Counted from the stretch's first letter, positions 41,015 to 55,045 are shown. The stretch: 64,000 nucleotides of DNA from Camelus ferus (GCF_009834535.1 NC_045697.1:97528001-97592000), one strand, 5' to 3'. Made by a program: numbers and translations. Notes: generated from the letters alone by a model not told the origin.

Positions 41015-41150
41015 TGGTTTTGTAGGAAAAATGTTAAACTAGAGATTAGAGAAGTTTAGACACTGTTTTTGAGACTAAGTAACTAATGAGAGGTGCAGCT
41101 AGAATTAGAAACAGGGCTGCACAGTCTCAGAATGTGTTCTTTCCACTATA
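41015..41150 (-). mobile_element. MIR SINE
   Basis: agagaagtt...gcagctagaattagaaacagg...cagtctcagaatgtgttctttccactata. Confidence 0.55.
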
Positions 41151-42309
41151 AAATGGAAATCAGCAATTTATGATGTTATATAGTCCATGTTGCTGCATTA
41201 TTAAAATTTTCCCTCGTTAAATGTACCATATTTTCTTCAGAATAGACAATGAGGTCACAGAAGTGAGAGAAATGGGATATTCTATATGCTGATTTAGGCT
41301 GTGATGTTTAGCAGCAGGTTCAAAGAAAGAAAGTTTGGGTTGACCACTAGAAAAGAGTCTGGGAAAATAAAAATACAAATAAATTCTGTGTACTTCTGAA
41401 GAGATGAAGTCAATGAGAAAGACATCAAAGAATTCATATAAATCATTTGAACCCTCAAATCCAAATAACTTAATCTGTTTCTATCCACAGATTCGAAATA
41501 AAGACTTCAGAAAAATAATGTACTTGAAATTACAAAATTAATTATTCCAAAGATCTCCACTAAAACTTCAGGGCCATGTCTCTCTATTGCATTGCTTATG
41601 CCAAACAGTTGTGTACATTTTATTAAGGACTCTGTAGAAAGGATATCTTTCCAAATTAATACAGGTAGTCTTTAGTTATGCAATTTGAATTTCAGTGTAA
41701 TTAACATTACACTGTGATACTCTAAACTGTAAGCTCTCTCTGTTTTCTTAGATGTCATCTTCTTCCAGTCAAGGGTCCATGTGAAATAGCATTATCATAT
41801 TTGCAGAAAAATATACAAGCAATCATTAATATTTGTTGCAGGGAATTTAAAAGTGCTCCCACAGGGTATTAGAGTCTTAAATGCCTGAGATCACAATTGA
41901 AAGTCTAATGGATGTCATGAGGGAGTAGCTAGATGAACTCAAGTGCCCCTACCTGGTTTCAACCAGAGGAACCTTCCTTTATTATGTTGCATTGGCCTCC
42001 TGGTAAGGTATAATCATAGAAACTTATTTTATTAAAATAATTGAGAAATAGAAAAATTGAAGTATGAGGCCAATTGAAAGAAACGTGTTTAAATTTAAAA
42101 TAATTTAATGTCAAGATGTGTCAAAAATTTTTAAGTCTTTAGCTTGATTTGCAAAGTAACTAGACTTAAGGAGGCAACTCTGTTCAGTGCTGCAGGAGTA
42201 AGTGCAGTTAAACAACAAACGTGACGTTGTAGAAATACATGGTCGGGCATCCTATATATAAGGTAAAGTTAGGGATATCTCACAGTTTTAATCACGGAAA
42301 TTTGAACAA

Positions 42310-43650
42310 ATTTCTTCAACATTTATTGAGCAGCTGTTTTGCGTCCATCACTTTCTGACAAATAGGGCTATACTAGCAAACAAAACGCCCTCTTGGAACT
42401 TTTCAGGTGGAGAAAAGGAAACAACAATGAAAAAAAAAAATAAATTATATCTTAGATTGTGTATTAGTTACCTATGGCTACTGTAACGATTTAACACAAA
42501 TTTGGTGGCTCAAAACAATGCAGGTTTGTTTTCTTGCAGTCCTGGGGGATGGATGTCTGAAATCAGTTTCACTAGGTTAAAGTCAAAGTGTCAGCAGAAC
42601 TCTAGCGGAGAGTCTGTTTCCTTGCCTCGTCTGGCTTTCAGAGGTCCCCTGTGGCCTCTGACTTATGACCCCTTCCTCATATCACACCAGTCTCTTTCTT
42701 TTGTCATCACATCTCCTCCTCCTCTTCTGTATTCAAATATCCATCTCCCTCTTATAAGTCCACATGTGATTTCATTTACAGCCTGGTCCACATAAGTAAT
42801 ACATGATAATATCCTCATCTCAGTCTCTGTAATCACATCTGAAAAGTTCCTTTGGTCATATACAATAACATTCAGAGGTTCTATGGATTAGGACCTGAAC
42901 ACCTTTATAGGTCCTCACCACAAGTGTTTATCATGCAAGATAAGACAGATTAAGAATACCCTTGAAGTGCTATTTTTAATAGTGTCAACAGGATAAACCT
43001 CACTGACTGAGGAACAATTGACCAAGGACAGACAGGGAGTTGGTTATTTGAATATCCAAGGCAGAGCACTACAAGCAGAGGTAATAGCCATTTAAAGAGT
43101 TTGAGGAAGTTTGTCCATGTGCCCAGAGTTGAATCAGGAAATAGCAGAGAAATGGAAGATAAGTCAAGAAGTAAATGGCAGGGTTATGTGGGATTTTTAA
43201 GGAAATCAGCAATTATTCTCAGTGAAATGAGGAGTATTTTCAGGTTTGGGGGTTGAAAAGTGACATGGTTTAACTTATGGCAGGATCACTCTGGCTGCTA
43301 TGTTGTGAGTATACTAAACAGGGCAAGAATAAAAGAAGGGAGACACGCTAGAGAGACATGGCAGAAAGCTGACAAATAGCTTATGGCTGGTCCCAGAGTG
43401 GTATTGGAGAGGGTGGCAAGAAATACTCTGATTCTGAATGTGTCTGAAGATTGTGTCAAAATGACTTGTCAACATACTGAATAGAGTATAAGAGAGCAAT
43501 TGGTGAGAAAGACATCTCAAAGTTTTGGACTGAGCATTAGAAGGGAAAAACTGTAGGAGGATAAATTGCAGAGGAAGGTCAGAAATTCATCTTTGGATGT
43601 GTTAGTTTGAGTTTTCTATTTGGCAGGTGGAAGTGCAGAGTAGCCACCAC
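42310..43650 (-). mobile_element. L2 LINE 3' portion, interrupted by an MLT1D-like LTR
   Basis: aacatttattgagc 3' end; after the LTR, ggatcactctggctgctatgttg and ttttggactgagca L2 motifs. Confidence 0.75.
42460..42922 (-). mobile_element. MaLR solo LTR (MLT1D-like)
   Basis: tgtattagtt...ctgtaac...acaaatttggtggctcaaaacaa...tctgtttccttgcc...taatcacatctg...ggattaggac...accaca; both termini recognisable. Confidence 0.9.
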
Positions 43651-43927
43651 TTGAGCAGGGTGTAAAACGAGCAGTGTTCTCAGCAGACAGTCATGCTTTC
43701 AGAGAGTTTCAGAGAAGTAGTGAAGGATTTAAGGAATTATGTTAATAATGGTCCATGAACTCCAGAGGATGTGGTAGATGGGGAGAAGGTGAAGAAGAAG
43801 ACAAGATAGAGAAGATGCCAATCCCTACATGGGTAAAGTCCAGAAGATAAGGTATAAACTGAGTCACTCCTGTCTCCTTTAAGGGGAGAAACCAACTTAC
43901 TCAAAGGATATATTGATGAAGTTTAGG

Positions 43928-44056
43928 GAGGGTAATCAGATAATATATTGCCCATTTCAGGATACTCTGGGGATGAAGAAGGCACTGTTCATAATTCCTG
44001 GATAACAAGCCTAAACTGAGACTGCCTCAGGAAAGCTGGGACCCATGCTCATCCTA
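43928..44056 (+). mobile_element. hAT-Blackjack MITE (MER94-like)
   Basis: ~130 bp with degenerate TIRs (agggtaatca...tgctcatccta) and a colinear body. Confidence 0.75.
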
Positions 44057-44589
44057 GATTAGAAATCTGGGAAAGTCAGATTATTTTTTCTGAATACATC
44101 GTCCCCTCTAAGCCCCTGGCGATAGGAGTAAATGGTCTTAGGAGGAGTGGTCTTGGTCCGAGAATGCAAAGTCCACTCTTAATCTGTGCTGAGGGTACAG
44201 CAGATTTATTAAAAGGTTCCCCTTTAATCTGTGCTGCTTAAATTGAGGAAGCCTGGTTTTCATCCCAGTGCATGGTGCCAAGTGCTGATCTCTGTCTGGC
44301 AGGATTGCTTAGAGAAAACATGACTCCCTCTTGAAGATGATTGATGAAGTTGAGGACATCTGGAAAATATACTCTGCTTAGCTTGAGTCTCTTCTGGATC
44401 CCTGTGGATGTAAGGCGGAAGCCCTCAGGGAAACATGGTCTTACTCCCAGAGTGCAGGTTCATAGGGAACAGGTGTTTATCGTTAGACTTTGGCATATTA
44501 GTATGTTCCATTCTTTATATCTATTTCAGCCTAAACCAAGTTATTCAGAGCGCACACTAAGTTCTTAATTTCAGTGACTACATATCTTA

Positions 44590-45520
44590 TTTCCAGACAT
44601 TCCATTAGATACTCTTCCAAATCTTTTCGTGTTTTTTTCCATAATGGGTTTAATTTTTATTATATTTTGTATTTCTTCTTTCATATCTTCGACCATTTAA
44701 AAACATATAGTTTACAGTCCCTTTCAAGTTGTTCCATCATCTCAAGTTCTTAGGATGGGTACCAGTCCTTCTATTTATTTTGTTTGCCACTCACTTTCTT
44801 TAGAGTAAATGGATTCCATTTTTTCTTACTGTTTCTTTTAGCTCATTAGCAACTAGTTTTTGTATAAATGTGTGTTTGGGAGGTAAGGGGCCTATCAGAC
44901 CTGACAAGAATTAGTTGTTTCCTTCTGATTTCCTTTGGGATTACTATGAAAGCTGAGAAGAGACGTTTTCCTTGAAGAGAAAACCAGCTTACATTTGCTT
45001 CTACAGGGTATCTCATCAGAGTCGGTCCCCAGATGGGCTTGATTTAGTCTCCTTGGTCGTGTTACTCTTAAGGCTTGAGAGTCCCTCAAGATACTGTACA
45101 TTCTGAGCCTCAATATTATGTAGTTCAGACTTGTGTTTTTAGTTCTGTCTCCAGCCCGAAAAGTGGAGACAAACTTCCCGGTCAATGCCCTGAGCCAGGG
45201 AGAAAGGTTCTCTTGTCCTTTATTCACATCTTTGGGTACTTCTTCCAGCATCCTGGATCTGTATGAGGATTTCAGTCCCAGAGGCTCACCTTTTATGGGC
45301 TCATGGTCTGTTCTGTAAGTCCTTGTGTTGGCAACTGAAGCTCTGGCTCTGTCTGTAAGGGTCAGTGTCTGGTCCATCCTCCCCATGGATTCCTGCACTG
45401 CCTTCTCTACCTGTGACTCCCCTCCTTATTTGTGGCACTGGGGAACTCCTTTATTTTATACATACAGCTTTATATTTAATCATTTTGTAATCTGTGGAAG
45501 CACAGATATATTTGTACTGA
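44590..45520 (-). mobile_element. Probable ancient L1M/HAL1 5'/ORF1 fragment
   Basis: ccatttaaaaacatatagtttacagtccctttcaagttgttccatcatctcaagttctt resembles old L1/HAL1 ORF1 antisense; the extent of the rest is uncertain. Confidence 0.4.
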
Positions 45521-46789
45521 GAAAGTAGAAAGTAGCTCAGTCTACCAACTTCATGAAACTGAACTTTCCCTCACTTCTTTTTCAGTTTTTAATATTTCCC
45601 TTTTTGGATGTGAGTGGGAAAGAATTATTTGTTTAACCATATTAAACTTAGTATAAGCCTGACCTTTCATTCTTAGTAATTTTCTTTACTTCCTTGATGT
45701 TCCCCTGTTTTTATTAATATTGTTTCAATGATTTATAAACCCTTGAAGATTGATCCTACATGCATGTATTTTCAAGATAATATTTTTAAACAAAATTATC
45801 AAATAATGAGACTATTATGTTGGTGTTTCCTCTCATTATTTGATAATTACATGAATTACTCAACAAACCCCTACATGAAACCTAATTAGAACACTTACTT
45901 TCCAAATTCTCAACAAATATACTTGTTTAATGATTGTATTTTATTAGACATTTTAGGAAATAAACCATTATTTAAAACTACTCAGACTCTAAAAAATTGT
46001 TAAATCAGGGAAACTCTTATGGGGAAAATTATTGTATTAAGTGCAATGACAAAATACTTAATCTCTGTTCCTTAATTATATCAATTCAATTTACTAATTA
46101 CATTAATATTAGTACCCTGTGTCAGAATAGATTTAATGCAAAACAATGTTAAATCTTATCAAGAGTAACTGGTAAAGATACAAAGCTTCATCACAAAGAT
46201 AATTATCTGTGTAATAGCATGAGAATTATGTGCTTTGGGTATTTTTTAAAATTCCCATTAATAATTGATTTGTTTAAGTCATATTTGTTTAAAAAAACAG
46301 AATACATTTAAAATTTAACTCACAAATTGGAGTTGATTACAAAAATATTTGCCAGATTCTATATTTTGAACCCTCTAACAAATGGTGTAAAACTGAATTG
46401 CACTTACAATTTTTTATTTTTTATCTCTGATTATTAAGATCATAGCCCGAAATCAGTATGATAAAGTAGGAAGGAAGAAAATATTGCAAACCAGAATATA
46501 TGAGGAAATAGCATTGGATGAAGGAAAAATATAATAGGACTTCAAAAACTTAATTGAATATGACATAAAACATAAAAAGAGGACTGTAATTTCAAACAGC
46601 ACATATGGCAAATGAAACTACTGTACAATCAGTGAAGAAGGTACTGCAATTTACGATAATGTGGTGTGTATAAATCTCTTTATAAGGACTATGCGTGGTC
46701 CTTATAAACAATGATAATCATCAACACGTTATTTTCTCTGTATAGTTATCATAACCATTATCATCATCAATAGAGGACCAGGAATATAA

Positions 46790-46990
46790 AGTAGAAAGAA
46801 CACTGCCATCATTTCCCAAGAACCTATTTCAAGTCCTGGCTCCACTCACTTATTAACAATATGATATTGGGTTAGGTCTATAACATTTTTGTATTGTTTA
46901 TTACTGAAAAAATTGATAATAATAATGCCACCCTTACTTAACTTACAATGTTACAAGAATCAATTTTTAAAATACATCATAAAACACTTC
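46790..46990 (+). mobile_element. MIR SINE
   Basis: gtagaaagaacactg...ttcaagtcctggctccactcacttatta...ataataatgccacc. Confidence 0.7.
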
Positions 46991-47011
46991 AAAAGAATAT
47001 CATATGTTTTA

Positions 47012-47053
47012 TTATATATATATGTATATATATATACATATACATATATATAT
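47012..47053. repeat. Imperfect (TA)n microsatellite
   Basis: Read directly. Confidence 0.9.
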
Positions 47054-47581
47054 GAATTAAGTTCCCTTTATATGCCTAGAACTGAGTTCCATGCTAAAAT
47101 AATTTTAGAAACTAAGATACCCTCATTTTACGTACTATAATGTATCTAAAATGTACCACTTACCATTTAAACATTTACAGTCTTCTTTTCTACTTGTTAC
47201 AAATATAAAGCAAGCACATTTGGCATTTATATATTGTTTCATCACTATATGAAGCCATTGTTTAGACAAAGCTATGTTTCGTGCTTCATCGGTAGCAGGG
47301 AACCTTTTATGTCTATGCTTATTTGCCTGACTTATCTCTCAGCTGCACCTTTTGCAGGAAATATTCATGGTTGGCATAATTTCTAAGTCGTTGCATATAT
47401 AATAGTTGCTTTCTGTTGACATTGCACATGACGTGTGGTATTTGTGTGGATGGAAGGAGTGTATGACCAGCAATAATGAGAAACAAAGGAGGGTTACTTC
47501 TGCCTACTTCCAGTCTTGGTTACTTCCAGTTGGATTGTTGCTCCTTCCATATCTGTTTTCCATCACAAAGAACTCTCTAGG

Positions 47582-47753
47582 GCTGTACTGACAAATATAT
47601 GTGTCTATTTAAATTAAAATTAGATTTAGATAACATTCAAAATTTGTTCCCCAGTCACACTAGCCCCGTTTCAAGTGCTAAATAGCCACATACCTGGTAG
47701 CATAGATGTAGAATATTTTCAACATAACTAGAAGGCCCACTGAACAAGCATTA
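47582..47753 (-). mobile_element. hAT-Charlie MITE (MER3/MER33-like)
   Basis: ctatttaaattaaaatt...cagtcacactagccccgtttcaagtgctaaatagccacat...gatgtagaatatttt. Confidence 0.8.
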
Positions 47754-49249
47754 CTCTGAGGTGTCTGGCTTTGTCTAAAGAGTTCTCACAGCCACAAATT
47801 CAGAACTCCACTCATGGCACTGGATTTTACTTTTGCAAAATTCAGACCCTTTAACTTTTTCTAGGTATCCTTGTAAGCCTCTAAAATGAATTGAGTGTCT
47901 TTCTCCAAGTCCTTACTAGCTAATCAACGACTTTTCATCCTCTAGTTGTTCTCCTGATCCGTAGTTCATTCATTCACCATTCAATTCTTCATTAAACATC
48001 TGCCTCAGAATTAAGGACACTAAATAGAAAATGGTAGATTGCTGGGGATTTTCAAGATGGTGAGGTTAGAGAAGAGACAATCTTTAACCAATGTAAAACT
48101 ATATGGGATAAATCCTAAATTTATAAGTACTGAGGGGCCAAGTGTCAGATCAATTATATTATAAAAATGTACAGCTTCAGTTCACTATGATCACATATAT
48201 GATGTCTTCATCTTACAGGGTTTTATAAATAATAAAACTTTATTTTATTTAGTTTATTCCTAATTTTTATACTTGTCTGTGTTTATAAAATATACTTTCA
48301 AGTGAGGTTTATTAAATTTAAGTTCACTGATAGATAGATAGAGGTATACATAAAATCCCTCTCAAAAATCAATGAAATATTTGTCCCCCTGGAAGAACCA
48401 AAGAATACATATTGTGGTGCTTTGAGTAAAGAATGGTTTTCAACACAATTTTAGAGAAACTGTAACATAAAAGCAAACGTATTTTCAACCACAGATGTAC
48501 ACTATAACTGAACTACTGCACAGCCAAACAAATGGAATGAAAATAAAAGTCTTCGTCTACCCAGTTATTTGGCACAACACAAATTAGACAAGGGAAAAAG
48601 AGTCTTTATTTTAGTGAACTCAGTGAAACCAGAATTTGCCTGAAGTTAGCCTGTTTCATCCTGAAATCATGAGAGAAAATGAGAAGGTATCACTTTATTA
48701 ATTTCCCATATTTACTACATGAAGAGATTGGAGAGACTGTAGCTATGAAGCCGTGCTAAATGCCAAATTACAGTTGTAATGACTATAGCAAAAAAAGATG
48801 ACCAAGCGTATTGATGGCCTAACTACAAATGTGAATGGAATTGGACCAGGAAGGAGAACATGAAAATTAGATCTTTGAACTGACCAAGGAGAAGCCATCC
48901 AAAGGATATTAAGCATAATATTTAATGTTAGAGCAGTGGTCCTGCTGTTTCAGAAAATAAATTGTAAATAGTAATGAAAAAAGAACTAAACATCTTTCTC
49001 TTGTGCTCCCTGTTGAGGCCCCCGTTCTCCCTTCCAAGCCATTCTTCTTACTTTCTGTCAGGAAAGTGAGTACACGGCTGAGAATATGTCAGTTGCCCCA
49101 GAGCAGTTTGCATATTCCTCAAAAGACCACAAACTAGAGGCCCCAAGGCGGGCATAAGAGAAACTAGAGTTACTAGTGCTAAATGGAAATGCTACCTGAG
49201 GAGGTTGTAACTTCTGACAGGTAGTAGGTTAGAACAGGTGAGTTATGTT

Positions 49250-50099
49250 TTTTTTTTTTTTAATTGAAGTATAGTCAGTTACAACATGTCAGTTTCTGTT
49301 GTACAGCACAATGTCCTAGTCATGCATCTATATACATATATTCATTTTCATATTCTTTTTTATTAAAGGTTATTACAAGATGTTGAATATAGTTTCCTGG
49401 ACAGAACAAATTTGTTTTTTATCCATTTTCTGTTAGTGGTTAACATTTGCAAATCTTGAACTCCCAAATTTGTCCCTTCCCACCCTCTTTCCCTGTTAAC
49501 TATGATTGTTTACTATTTCTGTGAGTCTGTTTCTGTTCTGGAGGTGAGTTTATTAGTGTCTGCTTCTTTTTCTTTTTTTAGATTCCACATATGAGTGATA
49601 TCATATGGTATTTTTCTTTCTCTTTATGGCTTACTTCACTTAGAATGATGGTCTTAGGTCCATCCATGTTGCTGCAAATGACATTATTTTATTCTTTTTT
49701 ATGGCTAGGTAGTATTCCGTTGTATAAATATACCACAACTTCTTTATCCAGTTATCTGTCCATAGATATTTAGGTTACTTCCATGTCTTGGCTGTTGTAT
49801 ATAGTGCTGCTATGCATGTATCTTTTTGAATTAGAGTTCCCTCCAGATATATGCCCAGGAGTGGGATTGCTGGATCATATGGTCAGTCTGTTTTCACTTT
49901 TTTGAGGAATCTCCATGCTATTTTCCATAATGGCTGCACCAAACTGCATTCCCACCAGCAGTGTAGGAGGATTCCCTTTTCTCCACGTCTTCTCCAGCAT
50001 TTATCATTTGTGGACATTTGAATGACGGCCACTCTGACTGGTTTGAGGTGATACCTCATTGTAGTTTTGATCTGCATTTCTGTGATCATTAGCACTATT
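49250..50099 (-). mobile_element. 5'-truncated LINE-1 (~850 bp)
   Basis: T14 tail and L1 3' UTR; ORF2p peptide [15 protein letters not shown]...[19 protein letters not shown]. Candidate 8-bp TSD gttat(g/c)tt at 49242-49249 and 50100-50107. Confidence 0.97.
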
Positions 50100-50408
50100 G
50101 TTATCTTGAGTGAAACACAAAGATCAAGAATTTGGAAGCACGGGAAAATGCCTATCACTTTTATAAACTGATCCTTGAATTAATATCTTGATTTCTTATT
50201 CTCTGACAATAAAACTTGTTTTTAACTATACAAAATATCCATGATATAAAGATGCATGCTTTATACACAGGAAAAAATACTGTTGGATTTCAATGTAACT
50301 GATATTCCTAAGGTTTATTCAAAAGAGGAGTATTCACCTGAATCATAATCTTGGATCTTTACAGAAGATTATTTATCATTGAGAGTCATCAACTGTACTA
50401 GAAAAACA

Positions 50409-50620
50409 CACTGTTTCTAAACATACTGCTGATTGGCCTTAGGCCACACCAGTTCTTTATTTTGTGGGATTGTCCCATGCATTTCAGGATATTTGACATT
50501 CTGAATAGCAGCAGTGTTCCATAGTCATTCAAGGACAAAAAAAATGCCCCTTCTCAACATATACACCATGTTTCCAAGTACTCCCTAGGATAAAAAGGTG
50601 GGCTGGTTGCACCTCCATTA
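50409..50620 (-). mobile_element. hAT-Charlie MITE (MER20-like)
   Basis: ttctttattttgtgggattgtcccatgcatttcaggatattt...aaaaatgcccc. Confidence 0.6.
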
Positions 50621-53064
50621 AATACAGGTAAGAAGGGTTGCAGAAGAGGACCTCTAACTACCTGAGAGTATGAGGGTATTAAGAAAGGTGTGAGAGACAT
50701 CCTCTCTAAACTATCTCAATCATTGATCTAAGGAGACAGTTTACAGAAACACATTTGTGAAAAAGAGAACTTGTTGGGGGAAAAAAAAGCAACACAGGGG
50801 AAATAAGCAGAGAAAGTGATGGTCTTCCCTCACCTTACTACCTCTCCTATTCCACTCCCCAGCAACATTTTCTTTACTTGACTTTAAATAGCCTTTCTAA
50901 GAATTGTAAGTCTATATTTTAAACTCATTTCAAGCTTCTGTGCAAGGCTAAACCCATCTACATGGAAAGTTCAAAAGATGTTGTCGGTTCTGTAGCTAGA
51001 CTAACATGGTCTCAGAGCTAGATGAGGAAAGCAACATTTCAGGGGGGTAATGAAATCATTTGTTATGGTGTGTCCCTCCCCTGGGGCCTTCTAACCTCAA
51101 ACCTGACCTTACCAATTAGAGAAATTTGGGTTGTGCAAATACAGTCCAGTCCAACACAACAAGCGTTTTTTGAATCCCCTAGGTTTTGTGGTAGTCCTAG
51201 GCAAGACTGTGTAAAAGAATGAGTGGCAGGTCTCAAAATGCTCAGTGTTCAGTGAATGGACTAACCGCAATAAGACATGGCAGGTGCTGTAACTGTAGAA
51301 CTGCCGCCATCACCCCCACTCCCAGTCAATTCTGTTTTAGCCTGAGTGTCATCCTATTAGGGCTCTATGGCTCCACTGGAGGATCTAATTCAAATGATAG
51401 AAGCTAGCAGCTCAAAGGACCCTTAGAGATCAATAATTCCTAACATCTCACTTCATAATTGGAGACAGTCTGATCTAAAGCAATAATGACCTGTACACAC
51501 ATTCACTTAATGAGCTTACCCGTGACAAATGCTTATGAAAGGATTAAAGGGCATCTAAGCAGCGTGTGTGCATTTACAATGGCTTCTTGAAGATTAGGTG
51601 GTCAATTTGTTTGTATTTTTCGTTTTGATTTTATTTATTTCCTGTAAGGATGATTGGTCTCCATAAGATGAGGAGAAACTACAGAGGAGCATATTTGGAG
51701 TGAAAGTAGGGTGAGACAATGATGGAGCTAAGGAGATAGTTTAGAGAGGATGTCTTTAACCATGGTGTAAAACATTTTATCTTTGTAGGGCCTCAGTTTA
51801 TCTAATTAATTCTTTTCTCCCTAAGGTCTTCTACTTCAAAATTATAAACCTTATGTGAAGAAATTTAATTGAACATTTTGTAAAGATCCATAAATGTCAG
51901 ATATGTATTATAATGCTGTGTACCTGATATCCTTAATTCATTAGAAACACAGTCTGCACGTTAAAATTGATGACTCCCTGTTGATCTATAAGAAAAAAAT
52001 GAAGCCCTTTATACATTTATCATTAATTGATTATATAGATGACCAAGTCTCATACAGATGAACAGACTAGTTTCTTTTCTCCCAAACAATAGCCTTCTCC
52101 TTAAAACCCTAAATGAGATGTCATGTACAATAGTGTGCTTTCATTAAAACAAATTACCTTCTGCTAAAAGATCCCCTAGTGGCAAATCCAGACAACACGA
52201 CCTGCTGTCTAGGTTCGTTTTCATTTTAAAACGCACCTTAACCAGGAAAAATGGTGAGTGCATATTTTTCACTCAGACAAATATTAAGTAGCAAAATCTG
52301 GAAGCTCTGCATGGTTTTGTGTTTTACACAGCGTTGGCATCTTAGCCAACTAAACTGCAAATGGAATACACAGGAATTATTTCCTACGTCCTTAGGCATC
52401 TATAGTATTCCTGTTAATGGAATGTCCCAGAGGCTTTATGGGGAGAATAAAACATTATCTCAAATAGGATTGAGCAGTTGTGTACATCATGGTTTGGGGG
52501 GCGTACGAACAGAAGTATCCCCTAACAGCACTTAGCACTTGTTAAATACAAGTTGATGATCATGATTGATACAGGCTGCAGTAGGGATTAAGCTGTACTT
52601 TTCACGTTCCTTGCCCACACACACTGTGGGGGGTGTTTACACGCTATGGATACACCAGAAATGTGAGCAAACGTTGATACACATGGCACACAGAAAACAC
52701 AATGATTTAGATAATTTCTACTGGTGATCCTAACTCCGTGTGTCATACCATCAGTATGCGAACATTTTGACCCCAAGTTGAAAACTTTAGAATTAAGTGA
52801 ATAGAAGCAATATGTCCAGACTTACATCTGAGTGAAAGTTGTTAATGGTTAGTGATGTGTATTTCAAGGGTCATAAATCTTTATTTTTCATTGTTGGCAT
52901 ATGCTAAAGTGATACTGAAAAATGCATTTTGATTTAGCTTCTTATTTAAAAAACTATGTATATAGTCAAAGTTTCAGTTTGGAGATAGTAATTCCATTGT
53001 GCTTCTCACACAACTATCTGAGTGGATAACCTTGCTCCTATTTTAATGATGTTATAAAAACAAT

Positions 53065-54600
53065 TGAACATGAACTCGCTCACTTATCTCCAGTAGATCC
53101 CCAGCTCATTTGCATTTCTGTACTTTTTGCCTCCCTCCAGTTACAACTGCAGGTAACATCCTTAAATGTTCACCTCTCCTGCCCTAGATGCCATCTGCTC
53201 TTCCTTCTCAAGGATTTTGCTCTTTTTCTTGCACGATTGGTTTATCTTTCCCCTCTCTAACAGTTCAGTTAACATAGAAACAGGCATTAGATCTCTGATT
53301 TTTAAAAAAAAAAAGTAGTAAAACTGTCCTTTCATCTCACTTTTCCCGTCTGCTACATTTCTCTAATCCCCTTCACAGTAAAACCACTTGAAAAAATTGC
53401 CTTCAATCACAGCTTCACTTCCTCTTCCTCTTCCATTTTTCTTCTAAAATCATTTCAAAATGACTCCACATCCCACACTTCATGGACACAGCTATTATCA
53501 CAGCAGCTTTGCCAATTTAACAATCACTTGTTTGAGTTTATATTTCTTTATCTTTCAACAGCGTTCAACACAGTTGTCAAGTCTTAGAACATTTTCTTCT
53601 CTTGACTTCAGTCCTATTTTCCTGGGGGCAGTTTCCTTCTATTTTGGCTTGTCCTTCTCAAACTTCATGGCTAATTTCTTCTATTTCTATTGGATATGAA
53701 AGAGTTGAAGTGCTCTAGGGCTCTAGATTATAAGAGGCTCTAAGCCCCTTTCTCTACTTCAAATAATTTTTTTTCCCTCAGATAATAAATCTCATCAAGA
53801 GTCATGGCTTTAAATGATATCTGTGTAATCCAAAATTTATTTATTTCTCTATTACTGAAGTCTGTAGAGTCATTTCCAAGGGGTCCATTTAATTCTCTTC
53901 ATTGGGGAGAAAAAATCCATCTTAAATTTAACAGGATCAAACAAAATACTTTCCAAAACCTGCTCCTTCTGCTTTCTTATTTACATCAGTAGACGCCACC
54001 TTTACATATCCAGATGCTCAAGCCAACATCAAAGAAATGTTCTCGATTCCTCTCTTTCTGTCACCACAGCATCCCATCCACTAGCAAATCCTGTGACAAA
54101 ACTCCCAATATGTATTCTGAAAATATGGTCCCCTTCACTCAAATTTCTACCTAGCAGCAAAGTGTTCTTTTAAAAACTTAAGCCAGATTATGTAGCCATG
54201 AGTACTTTACTCCAGTTTAAGTACTTTATTCCAGTAACTTTTTACCATCACATAGAATATTTGTATCATGCTTAGAATCTCTACATTTTCTTAGAATAGA
54301 TTTAATTCTAGCTTATGGAATCCTGATCTGGTGCCTTTACCTCCCTGTGCAAGTCTCCTTTCTTTGTGTGCTCCAACCACACTGAGACTCCATCTGTTTC
54401 TTATTTGTCTCTTAGCACATTGCAGAGGCTTTCTCCTTTGCATGGAATACTATTCCCTCTTGCGGGAATACTCTTTCCCTTAATCTCGGAATATCTGAAT
54501 CTTTCTTATAATCCAAGCCTAGAGCTGCAGTGCTGGTTATACAGGCCATCCACAGCAGCCGTATTCAACTCTTAACTCAAGTTTCATCCATAGAGAAAGG
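53065..54600 (+). mobile_element. L2 LINE, long degenerate internal/3' segment
   Basis: Pyrimidine-rich; cagcgttcaacacagttg, catggctttaaatgatatctgt, catcttaaatttaacaggatcaaaca and atccactagcaaatcctgt occur in L2 order. Confidence 0.8.
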
Positions 54601-54907
54601 CTTCGTTATCATTGAACCTAAAACCAAACAAAAATTTAAAAACAACTCAACAGAACTCAGAGTAATTTGTGGAATTTTTTAGATGGAGAAATGTAAATAA
54701 ATGTGTTCCAACTGCTATTTTTACTTGGAAGTCTCTGTTGATATTTAAAAAATTATTTGTAAAATCAATGAATTTGATCCATCTCTCCCTAAGAGTAAAC
54801 TCTACAAAATCATAGAAGTTGACAATTAGATCGACTACTCTAATTTCAGCCAGGAAAATAACAAGTGCGTAAAGACATATTTCTTGAATATAAAGTGAAT
54901 CAATTAA

Positions 54908-55045
54908 ATAGAAAGAGCATATCATTTGAAATCAAAGGATCTGAGTTTAAGTTCTGGGTTCTTTGGACTGTCTGCAGCTTTGAGGAAATCTGTCCTCTCT
55001 AAGCCTCGGTTGCCTCATTTTAAAAATTGGGATACTAATTCCAAA
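54908..55045 (+). mobile_element. MIR SINE
   Basis: agaaagagca...gatctgagtttaagttctgg...cctctctaagcctcggttgcctcattttaaaaattgggata. Confidence 0.8.

Noticed and set aside
44895..45398. 167-aa minus-strand ORF
   Set aside because: Non-ATG start, no recognisable homology, and it lies in a probable old L1/HAL1-derived region.
52251..52259. Splice donor ATG|GTGAGT
   Set aside because: Isolated motif; no convincing upstream acceptor or coding frame.
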